In this document: positions 52,597 to 64,000 of the stretch, piece after piece
Layout: the number at the start of each line of letters is the position of its first letter
Position numbering within the stretch: the stretch's first letter is position 1
NCBI GenBank assembly: GCA_051942205.1
Contig: JAVECO010000065.1
Span: forward strand, 1-64,000
Length of the DNA stretch: 64,000 nt
DNA from: Coniocarpon cinnabarinum
Taxonomy: Eukaryota
Reading direction: 5' to 3'
The notes under the pieces: generated by a model
Databases searched by the model: none
What the model was told of the DNA's origin: nothing
The model's input: only the letters and a program-made list of their open reading frames with translations
Made by a program: the position numbers and the translations under genes

Positions 52597-53729
52597 TACA
52601 GCCTTGAGGTCTCAGACAGCTGGCTGGTGCTAGCAGACAGGCAATGTAAGCTTAGAACGAAGGATCCTATGCTGGGAGGCTCAGCACAGCGAACACTTAT
52701 CGCGCTTTTGGGTCGGCTGAGTACACGTTTGGCTGTGCCACCGATGAGTGAGGCCATTATAGCTGCACTTTCCGCGCTATTGGGAGTCCTGGAGCGATCC
52801 ACACCAGTCATTTGGACTGATGCACAGTGCAAAGCACAGATGCAGCAGCGTGACGCCCACCACAGCGGCTACACATGCAGTAGTGCAACTGCCCCCTCCC
52901 ATGACTCGCGGTTTGCTGGCGTCAGCCACGCTCAGGATAGTCAATAGTAGTATGTCATGTTACTTGATGTTCCCTGTCGCCGGTGAGTTAAAGCAGCTTC
53001 TGACTTATGAGAGCTCTGCGGTTCGCTGAAAATCGTTGGACGCTCAGTATGTATCTACTGCTGAAAGATTGATCGAGCTTAACAGTTCGAGGAGGCACCA
53101 GTCGGCTCAATCTCCACCATTCACCTACATCAGCCCCGTAGGACGACACTTCAGCAAAAGCGGAACTTTGCCCTCCACGAAGGACGATGTGAATGGCATC
53201 CTCATCGAATGGTCGTCAATGCAGACGAGACGGTTACTGATTGTATGGCATGCCGCCCCAAGTCGCCGCTTTTTTTCAAAGGGGCTGTCGTGTCTCTACT
53301 TTGGCACTTTATCTCGGGTGTGATATCACGAAAATTAGCGAACTACCAAAAGTTCATTCAGTTAGTGACATTCCTTGTAGTTTTTTTCATTTGGGTTGGA
53401 CACCCTTGCCGAGGCCATGACGTAGTGAAACTTGAGGTACTCCAACACGAGAGCAGTCGCGCAGTATACGAAAAGGCATCACATTGATAGTGCAGTAATA
53501 CAGACAGGAAAGATAATGCGGGTATCCAAAGTACATCTGAAGCCTCAGCGAATCCCAAGACGGCACGTCCTACTCTTGTCCGCTCCATCCACTTCGCCTG
53601 ACGGCTGCTAACCCTTCCAGCTCTAGTAGCACCACGTCTGAAGTGAGACACGAATGCAGGGTCCCGCCGCAGCCGTCTGGTGCTTCCTTATCCGTCCAAT
53701 GCTCAGTGTCTGCTAGGATAAGCACAAGC

Positions 53730-54719
53730 TTAATTCTTCAACTTCTCCGTCAGCTTTTCCTTCGCCCAAACGACACTATCGCCGAAGCTGTTCACTGGCT
53801 TGTCCACACCAACGCTCGCCTTGCCGCTTGTGCTTTGTCTCCGCTTGCGTTTTTCCTGCTTGCGACGCTCGCGTCGCTCTTGATCAAGCTGGTATTCATA
53901 GTCACTTTCCTCGTCACCGTAGCGCAGAGAATAGTCGTCTTCATAATCTGAGAAGTACGGGCGCTGCTCATATTCAACGTAGCTTTGGCGGCGAGGAGGA
54001 TAGCGTGGCGAGCGCGGAGGAGGCAGGTTGTAGTCGTCGTCGTCCGCAGCCGGAGCAGTGTTGCGGCGATGTGGGTGTCGGCGGCCGGCCCGATGGTGTC
54101 GAGGTGCATTGCCGTTTGATGGGGGAGGCATCGACTGCTTGGGCCTGGTACGATCGTAGGCATCCTGCGGGTGTAGGCGCTGCTGAGGCATCTGCGAAGG
54201 CTGAGCTTGAGTTGGTGGCGCCGGTTGTGGTTGAGCGTAAGCTGAAGGTGGGTACTGCGACATGTTTGGAGGGTTGTACTGTGCTTGGGGTTGCGCGGCT
54301 TGCTGTTGCGGAGGGAAGTTGTAGTCTCGTGGTGCGCTGTTGGAGTAGCCCGGTGCGGGCGGAGCTCCATAGCCAGCGCCAGGCGTTGTAGCGTAGCTTC
54401 TCGGCGACGTGCTGTAGTCGTCTCCGTACGCATCCTGTTGAGGGGGCGGCAGCCCGGTCCCATAGTCCATACCGTAATTCGGCTGTGGCAGCGATTGCAG
54501 AGGCGCCGTGGGTGGTGGCACTACGTCACGACCATCTCGTTGGGCGTTTCTGCGGCTACCTCTGGCAATTTCGGCCTTGTGGCTTCGATTTGGTGGAGGT
54601 GGATCGTATGGTTGCGGCGCAGGGGCAGCCCATGGAGGGTAACTCATTGCTCGCCCATCAATGCTGGGTCTGGGCTCTCGAGAGCGTATTGGAATCGGTC
54701 GTGGCGCCGACGTAGCCAT
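53730..54719 (-). CDS. Hypothetical Pro/Gln/Tyr-rich disordered protein
   Basis: 329-aa ATG-initiated ORF with coherent low-complexity composition. No recognised domain. Confidence 0.7.
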   Translation of the reverse strand: MATSAPRPIPIRSREPRPSIDGRAMSYPPWAAPAPQPYDPPPPNRSHKAEIARGSRRNAQRDGRDVVPPPTAPLQSLPQPNYGMDYGTGLPPPQQDAYGDDYSTSPRSYATTPGAGYGAPPAPGYSNSAPRDYNFPPQQQAAQPQAQYNPPNMSQYPPSAYAQPQPAPPTQAQPSQMPQQRLHPQDAYDRTRPKQSMPPPSNGNAPRHHRAGRRHPHRRNTAPAADDDDYNLPPPRSPRYPPRRQSYVEYEQRPYFSDYEDDYSLRYGDEESDYEYQLDQERRERRKQEKRKRRQSTSGKASVGVDKPVNSFGDSVVWAKEKLTEKLKN

Positions 54720-55773
54720 GATAGCGGTGGATCTAGTTGGTGATCAGGCTGAGATGAAGCAGTGCTAAGATGATTCGAAGTGTGCACGAATTGTATAGGT
54801 TAGAGGAGTCAAAGGTCAAGGATGTGCGTGCACGCTGAAGATTGCTAACGAGAGTGGTCGAGAGAGAGGCTTGGACCAAGAACTAAATGTTAAGCATGTG
54901 GATAAAAGGAACCGGGAAATGGAGGTAGTGAGAGTGGCACTACAGAAGTTGCTGGGCAGACGTCGTTCGCATCAGGCAACGTATGTGACGAGGATGGCCA
55001 AGCTTACGGGCGGGCTGCAGATGATGTAACCAGAAGAGGGAGCACGGCGACTCATTGAGCGATGGGAAGTGCAGGGAGAGGCCGATCGGCGCATGTGATT
55101 GAGGCGAGGGAGGCCTCAACGCGAGAGCACAAGCGTAAGGTACTCGACTCACTGTGTCACCGAAGCGGCCACCTCTCTTGAGTCGTTCATGCAGCAGCGG
55201 CCCTTTGCCGTCGCGTGCCTTTTGGTGAGATGTTTCGCGCCCGAAGCTGGACTGGCGGTACCTTCTTGGCCCCCAAATTCGTACCACCGGTGCTGCGACG
55301 CGCTTAGCCACTTGCGGAGCCTCATCCATGGTTGTTCACTGCCTTCCGATCGGCATCTTTGAGTTGAATCCTTGGCATCGAGATTCATCCCATAGATCAC
55401 GTGACATGTTTTTCACGTATTCGCATACGTAATTACCCAGTCGAGAAGAGCTTTTCGCTTCGTCCTTCTCCTGATCCAAGCGTATATCGGTGTGAAGCGA
55501 GTGGCTTGACAGGCATGTTTTTCACCTATATGCATGTATTAGGTAGGTAGCTTTTGAGTCCATTAGAGTATCTTTCCCCCCCTTGAAGGACCAGTCTAAC
55601 AAGAGCCTCCAATTGCTCCGTGGTATGAGTGGATTCGCAGTCGTCATAATCGTTCCTGCCTCCCCAACGCCGTCGCTGTGACAAATGCAAACACCCGTTG
55701 CCTCCCATCTAGCTGTGCTCGCCGCGGTCCAGGTCCTGGCAATGAACCAAGCGCTTAGCTCGCTGTGCCTTGC

Positions 55774-57933
55774 TCACCGAGCACAGAAGCTGTACAACCA
55801 CACCATGTGGTCTTCGCCTCCCGTACACATCCTTCGGTCATTCAAGCCCACGCACGTCACCGGCCCAGCATGCCGGGTGAATGTCTTCTCACACTTGCCG
55901 GTCCGCGGATCCCATATCTTCGTCATGCCATCGTGTGCACCAGAGACAATGCGCAGCGTGTCTGCAGCAATGGTCCATATGCCTTCGAGATGCCCAAAGA
56001 AAGTGCGAACGGTGGCGCCAGACCACACGTCCCAGAGTCGCAGCGTCGAGTCAAGGCTCCCGGTCAACATGTATCGTGGTGGTATAGCACGAGATCTTGA
56101 GTCCGTGGTTTTATTGTAGAAATCCGGTGGTGGCGACGCAGAAGGCTGCCGCGAGTAGCTGTATGGGGTGGCGTCATCCTCCGTCGGCCGCTCCGTGTCG
56201 TCGGAAACTTCAAACTCGCGAGGCATGAAGATACCAGCTTGCACGGGAGCTACGTGCTCCTCGTACTTGCGGACTGGTTGACTCGGCCTATCCAAATCCC
56301 ACAGGCATGCAGTGCCATCATCACTACAGCTCAGGAGCGTGCGGGAGCGTGCGTCAATGCGCACCGTATTAACCCAGTCAGTGTGACCTTCGATAGTGAA
56401 GTGGTCCTGCGCAGCATAGTTCCACACCTTGATGGTGTGATCTGCAGATGCCGACGCGAGATATTGACCCTCGAAGTGCAATCCAATCACTCCAGCAGTG
56501 TGTCCGGGCAACGTGTAGAGCTCACCTCCGGTTTCCAGGTCCCACATCTTGATCGTCCTGTCCAACGACCCAGAGGCAAGCTTATTACCTTGGAAGCCAA
56601 GACAACGAATGCCATCAGTATGACCACGCAAAGTATGCAATTCTTGTCCACTGTCAATGTTCCACACCTTGATCGTGCCGTCGTAGGATCCTGTTGCAAG
56701 TATGCTATCATTGAACTGAAGACACATGACGCCGTTTTGGTGGCCATCGAAGCTCCGCAGGGAGCACCGTCCACGGGACCAATTGCTGCTGATACGGTGA
56801 CGTTCGCGATAAACATCTTTCCAGGGTCGGGTCTTGCGAGGCTGTCCCCCAAAATAGTCACCGCCTCCATCTGAAAGCGGGGTATCTGTACGGATTCGCT
56901 TGGGCGTTGGGCGTTGACTCGCATCATCAGGATGCAGTCGTTTCTTGCCAACTTCGTCATAATTTCTGTGATGGGCGAGGGGAGTGGCAGGAGCCGGAGC
57001 GGGAGCGGGAGATGCTGTAGCTGCAGCTGCAGCGGCATCGCCATCCTGGGCAAGCACAACAGGCGGTTGATCACTTGTTGGCTCATCAAGCCCATGAGCA
57101 CCGTTCGCGCGCAATTGTATCTGCCTCTTCTCGCTGCGCAAACGCTTTTGCACGAGCAGCGGAAGACCGATGCCGCACTTGGTGCACTTGCGATCAATGT
57201 GCTGCTCACACATTCTGTGCCAGACAACGTCATCGTCTGCAAGCTGTCGCCACCTCCTGCTCACTTGAGCTGCTCTGCAGATGCTGCTGGGATCCAAATA
57301 CGTGAGGACTCGGAGACCGATCTCCGCGGGCAAGACGGTCAAGAAATCGATCTTGATGAGTTCCCTGACGGCTGCAGATATTTGAGACAGCTGAGGTGAA
57401 CAGCACTGAGCCAAGATGCCCTGGAGCATGAGCTCGCGATGCTTAGCCGGAGCAGCTGAGAAAAGTGACCAAACGTGTGATATGCCTTGTTTCTCTTCCT
57501 GTGGCAGACTGCTAAGCTCGTTCTGCAGCTGATCCATGGACGTCTCATTTGCTGGTCTCTTGCATTTCAAGTCTGGATGATGTCGGTAGCAGTACTTCGT
57601 GTTCGTTTTACCAGGCTCGTTTTGCGGCGATGGGTCTTTCCCAAGCGGGGCGTACTGCGCGGCAATGTGCTTCGTCACAAAGGGGGCGATTGACTGTGCT
57701 GCTATCCTCCCGAACAGCCCCTTGTCATCCGGCTGTCTGCGAAGCATGGGCTTCGACTGGTCCTCTGACAAGACTGTGTCGGTCATTGACGCCGACTCTG
57801 CGGGCCATGTGGATTGCCCGTTGACGTTTGAATCGGGAGCCGACATATTGGCGAGCTCGCGCCTCAGGCTGATTTCTTGTGAATTTGAGTATGCTCCCGA
57901 TTCCAGTGTCTGCTCGGACTGGGGAGGTTCCAA
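55774..57933 (-). CDS. sconB: F-box/WD40 sulfur metabolite repression protein (SconB/Scon-2/Met30)
   Basis: KYCYRHHPD, F-box DFLTVLPAEI..SICRAAQVSRRW..LADDDVVWHRMCEQHIDRKCTKCG and WD40 repeats. True start uncertain (first in-frame ATG at 57846). Confidence 0.95.
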   Translation of the reverse strand: MEPPQSEQTLESGAYSNSQEISLRRELANMSAPDSNVNGQSTWPAESASMTDTVLSEDQSKPMLRRQPDDKGLFGRIAAQSIAPFVTKHIAAQYAPLGKDPSPQNEPGKTNTKYCYRHHPDLKCKRPANETSMDQLQNELSSLPQEEKQGISHVWSLFSAAPAKHRELMLQGILAQCCSPQLSQISAAVRELIKIDFLTVLPAEIGLRVLTYLDPSSICRAAQVSRRWRQLADDDVVWHRMCEQHIDRKCTKCGIGLPLLVQKRLRSEKRQIQLRANGAHGLDEPTSDQPPVVLAQDGDAAAAAATASPAPAPAPATPLAHHRNYDEVGKKRLHPDDASQRPTPKRIRTDTPLSDGGGDYFGGQPRKTRPWKDVYRERHRISSNWSRGRCSLRSFDGHQNGVMCLQFNDSILATGSYDGTIKVWNIDSGQELHTLRGHTDGIRCLGFQGNKLASGSLDRTIKMWDLETGGELYTLPGHTAGVIGLHFEGQYLASASADHTIKVWNYAAQDHFTIEGHTDWVNTVRIDARSRTLLSCSDDGTACLWDLDRPSQPVRKYEEHVAPVQAGIFMPREFEVSDDTERPTEDDATPYSYSRQPSASPPPDFYNKTTDSRSRAIPPRYMLTGSLDSTLRLWDVWSGATVRTFFGHLEGIWTIAADTLRIVSGAHDGMTKIWDPRTGKCEKTFTRHAGPVTCVGLNDRRMCTGGEDHMVWLYSFCAR

Positions 57934-58670
57934 TGTTAAGTGTTAGCAGCCCATTTGATCCGGGTCAAAATCTCGAGGGGACCAGATGCAGTCCCCCAAC
58001 AACATTGGAACTCGGCGCGCAATAGTTGCGCAAGATTGGTCAAGGCGAGAGAATGTGGAATGTTGTGGGTCGGGCACAGCGCAAGGTCGGAGGTTTATTG
58101 CGTGCTTAGGACGGCTTGCGTGGCGGATGCAAAGAGAAAGGTGCGGCGCGGCTTAAGGCAGCGATCGGGATGGTGCGGTCAAGATCTGCTAATGCCCGGT
58201 GGCTGAAACAGAGACATGCGCACGTCTTTACCGAAGAGAAGTAGACGAATGGTGAAGAGGGTGGTGGCATTGACAGACGCAGACGGGGCGTGGCCGAGCA
58301 CACGACGAGCTGGAACTGCAGTGGTCTCGCACGTCAACATCTCTTGGCATGGGCTCATTCGGACGTGACTCCGCGATCTTCACAGCACGTGATCAACCCA
58401 CCACTCCCCACTCCTCGTCCACGCATCCGTGGTCCATCACTCGCTGGCCACGCCCCTCCACTCCACGCGCACTCGTCCATGTCCCAAGATGTAGCTCTGT
58501 GCATGTCGGCGTTCTCCAGCGCCTAGCCTATCTCAGAAGATTCCAGAGCAGCTCCCAGGACACGCCATGAGCAGGGTCTCGGTTCTGTCATGCAGTACAA
58601 TGGGAGGCTAGCATTTGTCAAACCGAGAATCCCAGGTGCAGTTTCACGTTCAACTTGTTGAGCACCCAGA

Positions 58671-60182
58671 ATGGCTTCGCCGGACTCTCCAGGGCGCTCA
58701 TCGACTTCGCCACTCGCGGCCTCGAGTGCAAGCCTTCCTCAAGCTCCTGCAGGCACCCTTGGCCGCCTCGTCACCCACGTTGTAGCCTCTAAGAGGTCTC
58801 TCTCCTCCACTGCTCACGTATATCGTGCCAATGAGATCGTCTCCTCTGCGCGAACCTTGCTTGAGTCGCTTGCCACCAATACCGCCCAGACGGAGTATCT
58901 GCGCCGTGCCATTGAGAACCAACTCAACCTGTTAAAGAGCATCCATAGGGGTCTATGCGTCGCCGCAGACGAAGCACACAAAGACTTTCAATCTGTTCTT
59001 AAGCGTTTAGATGCAGTTGATGCTGATATTCAAACCACCTTACAAGTCCTACGCGAAGCTGAGATTGAGCCTACCTTTCGTCCGGCCAGCGAGGGACCCA
59101 GGAACCTGCATAGCTTCCTTGACGAGAAGGGTGTTGGGGAGCTGAAGGCTCAGTTCAGGCAATGGATCGACCACACCACCAAGGCACAGGGCGACTTCAG
59201 TGACCTAAACACGGAATTTGGCGAGATTATTACGCGTATCGAAGCATCGCTCGCTGAGCCAGATGACGAAGAAAGTGAGCCTCGTCGCGGTTTGGTCAAC
59301 AGCAAAATTCACGATAGCGATGAAACAGACGGTCCTGCTGCCTTGTTTCGCGGTCTGGAGGAGCACGCCTCCGAGATGGCGGGACTCTTGCAGTCTCTCG
59401 TCAAGCATTACGATCTCTGCATTACTGCTTTGAAGAACACAGAGGGCGGTGGCGAGGCCGTCTACGCCGCTTTTCAACGCTCCGATCGCGATGCGGGTGA
59501 GGTCAAGGAAACATTTGACCAACTCAATGATGCCGAGCCTATGAGCGCTCAAGAACGCGCTGAAATGCTTCAAGTCCTTGATGACGATGCTGGACAGGTC
59601 GATGACGTCTCCAACGAAATGCGCGAGCACGCCGCAGAAATGGAAACCCAGCTCGCCCGGCTCGAGCTCCGCGCCGACTACGGCACACGCGATCGCAAGC
59701 GTGCCTCGAAAACACTGACGCACCTCGAAGAGCTCAGCACGTCTGGTAACCTCGCCAAATACGTCAGCGCTAGCAAGACTTACGCCAGACGCTGGGGCGA
59801 GATCTGCACTCGGATAGAAACCGGCTTGGAGGAGTTCGCCCAGCTCGCTGTCTTCTTCAAAGGTTTCCAGACTGCATATCAATACTTGCTCTTGGAGATC
59901 GACCGTCGTCGACGGACGCGAATTGCCATGGATCAAGTCATTAGTGAGACGCAACGCACCATCACTGAGCTGTATGAGGAAGAAGACGAGAAGCGCAAGC
60001 AGTTTCGCGTGAAGTACGGGGACTTCTTGCCAGCGGACATGTGGCCGCCCCTGATTGATCCGCCGACGAAGTGGACTATCGAGCGGCATGATGACGGGAC
60101 AGTCGATATCCCTGCCGTGCGCGAGGAATCACTTGGCCTTGCGAAGCAACAATTGCAGGGACGCAGGCGCTCCCGTGGGTGA
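58671..60182 (+). CDS. atg17: Autophagy protein Atg17
   Basis: ASKRSLSS..RANEIV, LHSFLDE, LLQSLVKHYDLCITALK..EGG, AYQYLLLEIDRRR and GDFLPADMWP. Confidence 0.93.
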   Translation: MASPDSPGRSSTSPLAASSASLPQAPAGTLGRLVTHVVASKRSLSSTAHVYRANEIVSSARTLLESLATNTAQTEYLRRAIENQLNLLKSIHRGLCVAADEAHKDFQSVLKRLDAVDADIQTTLQVLREAEIEPTFRPASEGPRNLHSFLDEKGVGELKAQFRQWIDHTTKAQGDFSDLNTEFGEIITRIEASLAEPDDEESEPRRGLVNSKIHDSDETDGPAALFRGLEEHASEMAGLLQSLVKHYDLCITALKNTEGGGEAVYAAFQRSDRDAGEVKETFDQLNDAEPMSAQERAEMLQVLDDDAGQVDDVSNEMREHAAEMETQLARLELRADYGTRDRKRASKTLTHLEELSTSGNLAKYVSASKTYARRWGEICTRIETGLEEFAQLAVFFKGFQTAYQYLLLEIDRRRRTRIAMDQVISETQRTITELYEEEDEKRKQFRVKYGDFLPADMWPPLIDPPTKWTIERHDDGTVDIPAVREESLGLAKQQLQGRRRSRG

Positions 60183-61292
60183 AAGAATGTGCAAGGGCCA
60201 GTGACCTATTCGGAATTTGCCCACGCTGCGTCGATACGAAGACGTACAGAGAGACATTTCAGGGTGCAACGACTTCACCGATGCGCAGCACATCTCATGG
60301 ATTTTACAGCAAGACTCGATTGCTGTCGCCTTCGTGCGACGCAGATTGTGACATATATGCAATGATCGCGTGATTGTAAGACCATTGCTAAGCAAACTTC
60401 TGTCGATCATCACGACATGCTGACCTATGTCAAACTTTGCAGCATGCTGCATGCAGGCCTAATTCCAGGATGGCATTCCACAGGTTTACGCAGAAATCAC
60501 TTTGTTGCTTCCAGCCTCGTGGACGTATCGCCAGACGATTTTTTACGTAGCTACACAGCATAGCGATTGCATTCAGGTTTAGCAGACCTGTGAAACAAGC
60601 CAGCAGATTCAAGCGTCATTCGTTTGTCTTCGACTGTGGTTTGAAAGACGCTCAATTGCTGCAACGACCGAGACCACTTGTTCTTTTCATTCTTAGCGCA
60701 GTCTAGGTCCTGATTAATGGGCAACGAATGCGATGCGCAATCATATCAAGAACCCTCCACGATGACATTCCAGGATCGCCGTACTTTACTTCAACGAGGA
60801 CTTAACCGAGATATGCATCCTTAGCGCCTGGTCATCTGCGTGTTTTCCAATGTCAAGGCTGTGAGCGTTTCAGCCAAGCATCATCCTTTTTTTTCCAAGT
60901 CTTATTGAGCCATATCGTCCGCAGATTGCATTCCCACCATGTATTCGCTGTATGTGCTTATATCGCGATGCTACAATTTACCATTATCATTGATCATTGA
61001 AATTCAAGAGGAAGTAACGTGAGGCACAATCACTGTTCTGTCGGACGTACTTCATACCATTTATAATCTCAAGGATAGTAAACAAGAACTCCAGTATGTT
61101 CAAATAGCGATGACGCTAAATGGACGTTGCCAAGTAAAATCAGGCGCTTTGGGGCAGACGAATCCAAAGAAAATGCAATCAACAGGCAAGAAGAAGAAAC
61201 AGGTTGTAATGACGGCGACGTCTGGTTACAGATATGACCCATCTCAGCCATGCTGCTCCATCTAGCCGAGCCATCTATCATACGACCTCTTC

Positions 61293-61838
61293 CTAACAGC
61301 CGCTGCAGGAGCTAGTGGGTAGCGCCTGCCGTTTTGCAGGCTCATTAATGGGATCGGTACTCCAGTACTGTTCATCTCTCTTCACCCTCGCCTTCCCAGT
61401 GATGGGATCATCCGTCCAGAGCGTGGTGTCGCGCTTCACCCTGTCAGGAAGCGCATGCGTAGTCAGCGTTGGAGCCACATCCCTCTTCGCCTTTCTCTGG
61501 GTCGTAGTGGTCGCCCTCGGAGGCGCACGCTTCACTACCAGCTTCGGCGTCGTGACCGGCGGCTGATGCGGCATATCCTTGCCGTCGAGCGCCTTGTCAC
61601 ATTTGTTGCGGGAGTCGGAACTGAAGACCGGATCGATGGCGCCGTAGTCGGACGGCAGCGCAGGATTGAGGTCCATATTGTGAGGTAGGTGTTGGCATGC
61701 GGTCAGCTCGCCGTCGGTGATCGCGTGGCTGTCGATCTTGCCGTTTGGCGGGGCTTGAGAAGGGTCGGTGTATGTCCAGGCGCTGGCGCCGGCGGCGAGG
61801 GCGCTGAGGAGGATGAGAAGTTTGTGGGGCTGCATCAT
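61293..61838 (-). CDS. Secreted Kex2-processed repeat protein (KEP-like) precursor
   Basis: Signal peptide MMQPHKLLILLSALAAGASA, five KR sites, and related peptides DTTLWTDDPITG and DEQYWSTDPINE. Confidence 0.75.
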   Translation of the reverse strand: MMQPHKLLILLSALAAGASAWTYTDPSQAPPNGKIDSHAITDGELTACQHLPHNMDLNPALPSDYGAIDPVFSSDSRNKCDKALDGKDMPHQPPVTTPKLVVKRAPPRATTTTQRKAKRDVAPTLTTHALPDRVKRDTTLWTDDPITGKARVKRDEQYWSTDPINEPAKRQALPTSSCSGC

Positions 61839-63027
61839 GGAGTGTGTGGATATTTCGGCTCTTAGTAGGACGATGGATGATTGATGAATCAGTCGGTTCG
61901 ATGATTGTGATTATGTGATGATTCTCCTTTTCAAACAACGTGAGAAAGACTGAAATCGTAGTTTTTGAAGGTGATTATGAAAGACAAGAACAGGACTGCG
62001 GCCATACTCTTATATTATTATTAGCCGCATGCATGGCGATACTGATGCCGCTGTATAGGCGAAGTTGCTGACACTCGCACTAAGACGAGGCGAGCAGAGT
62101 CCTCGCCCGTAAGACCTCTAAGAACGACAGCCGCGACGTTTCAGAGCCGCATGATCGGCTTTACTTATCTGCCAAAGCTTGCTCTGCCTTTGGTGTTGAC
62201 AGCTCCAGGATACTGATATTGGCTGATTACGAATACTCAGCCATTCGAGGCTCCTTTCAACGAGCCAGCACCTCGTCATAGCACATCTCGTGCGCTCAAT
62301 GAGAGACGGACGCGCCCAAGTGCGGACGCCACCCGCATGATCGATGCCGCTCCCGCTGCCCGCCGCCATGCTTACCTGGGCGCTTGATGAGCGTGTTACA
62401 GAGTACATGCTACCTGCTGTGGTGCGACAGGCGGCTCTGCTCACGAACATGCCCCTCGTGGCGACGGAAGAAATAAACATCGCCCCTTTTGATTATTAAT
62501 CGGGAACTCTTTTCTCATGAGCGATGCACAATACATTCTTGCCGCTGTGCCGCTGTTCTGGGAGGTAAGTCGCGAGATGCCAAGCTGACTCTGCACTACG
62601 ATGGCCTGCTTGTCAAGGGAGAAAAACGGAAGAGCGAAGGCGTACGAGGCAAGTCTTGTTACCGCTTGAAATATACGATATTTCCAAACCACAGCTGTCA
62701 CATGATACGTCACATCTGCGGCGTCGAACGTGTGCGCGTATTTCTAGCGTATAGTAGCCGGGTCATCCGCCTACCTCTGTCGTCCCTTTGGCGCGACGTG
62801 CAATTCTTAGCTACTCTTATCCCGTGACTACGAGATTTTTGCGTCCACTCTATCGATCACGATCTTGTTCAGATACTCATCGGCTTCCTTCCAAAGGTAG
62901 ATTCCCTTTCGTCAACTCGGCCGCATGCGAATCGCAAACACCGCGCGTTGCGCCTTCATCTCCTCGTCCGTCAGACATGAGATCCGGAAGTTTATGGCCA
63001 ACGTTGCATAACTGTACCATGCTAGAT

Positions 63028-64000
63028 TCACGATCGCGTGCGATCTGGGATGAGAAACTAGGGTGCATCAGTAAAAGAGCGTAGCACTGTCCAATTTACT
63101 AGACTCACTTGTCTCGCCTCATCCTCCTCGACACCGCCCTCGGGCGCAGCACCCTTCTCAATCAAACTCAACTTCGAAATCCTAAGCTGCCACCACAACT
63201 CTCGTCGATCACCACCCAACTTCTCTTCAAAAAGTTCTTGCTTGAGATCACGCATGAGATCATTGAAAGTACCAGCCTCTTCCAGTTCAATGCACTCTCG
63301 CCGCATCAAGCCAATACCTTCGAGCACACGTCCGTAATTACTATCACCCATGCTTTGCGTGATCCATTGTCTGATGATGTCTCCGAATTGCTTGACACCA
63401 TCTCTGACTGTTTCAATGTCTTCGGCGCCGTCCATCATCTGCTTGAATTCCGGAATGGCGTTTTGCGGGGAGATGCGACGTTGATTTGCTGCAGACCGTT
63501 CACCCAACAAAGCCGTGACGTCCAATCCTGAGCGAGGCGCCTCTTGATCCTTCTTGCCGCGGAAGTTCCGACGCGACATGCTTTTTGGTGGCACCTTCTT
63601 GACGTTAGCAGCTTCTATTAGCTTGTCCAAGTGCTTTTGCGTTTGTTTCAAGATGTGCTCAGGTGGATGCGAGAATTTCGTCAAGATATCAAGTGGCGGT
63701 GGCACTGGGTTGTCAGGATGGATGGCTCGATGTTTGATGGCTTGGTTGATTCGGTTGACTTTGGGTGAGAAGTTGTCCTCGAGCTTCAGATACTCCTGTT
63801 AGGTCCTGTAAGTATCGCATTGCATTCAATCTTCGCATTCCGAGTGATGGAGATCAAGTTTGCCATGATTTTTTTGTACTTACAGTCTCTTGTCCGTCCT
63901 CGTCTCGATCTGCCTTCGAAATATCCATTCCATCAACGTAAGCGGCCATGGCGTGTTTCAGTTCTTCGGATGGAATGTTGCGATGTTCAGTGATTACTTT
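63028..64000 (-). CDS. ku80: Ku80 (NHEJ), 3' part; gene continues beyond the window
   Basis: RINQAIKHRAIHP, GLDVTALL, ISPQNAIPEFKQM, SMGDSNYGR, LGGDRRELW. Short final exon 63057-63028. Confidence 0.93.

Overview
Intron-containing filamentous ascomycete (Pezizomycotina-type) DNA. A conserved backbone is present: Pal1, PEBP, glutaminase GtaA, a Rua1/DUF4451-like gene, nudE, acetyl-CoA carboxylase, annexin, a CorA-like protein, sconB/MET30, atg17 and the 3' part of ku80. Accessory patches interrupt it. (1) 0.6-10.9 kb holds three genes. One is a spliced tandem zinc-ribbon gene missed by the ORF track. One is a HeLo-like N-terminus fused to a G-alpha domain with altered GTPase motifs. One is an NLR-like gene with the order HeLo-like/NACHT/winged helix/ankyrin/C-terminal PNP_UDP, split by one in-frame TAA. 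(2) 15.0-19.7 kb holds a head-to-head pair of paralogous orphan coiled-coil genes followed directly by a ~145-bp tandem array. (3) 39.9-43.7 kb holds a minisatellite mosaic with RIP-like decay next to two broken membrane-protein genes. (4) 61.3-61.8 kb encodes a secreted Kex2-site repeat precursor. All exon structures were derived by hand from splice signals and frame continuity; no database searches were run.
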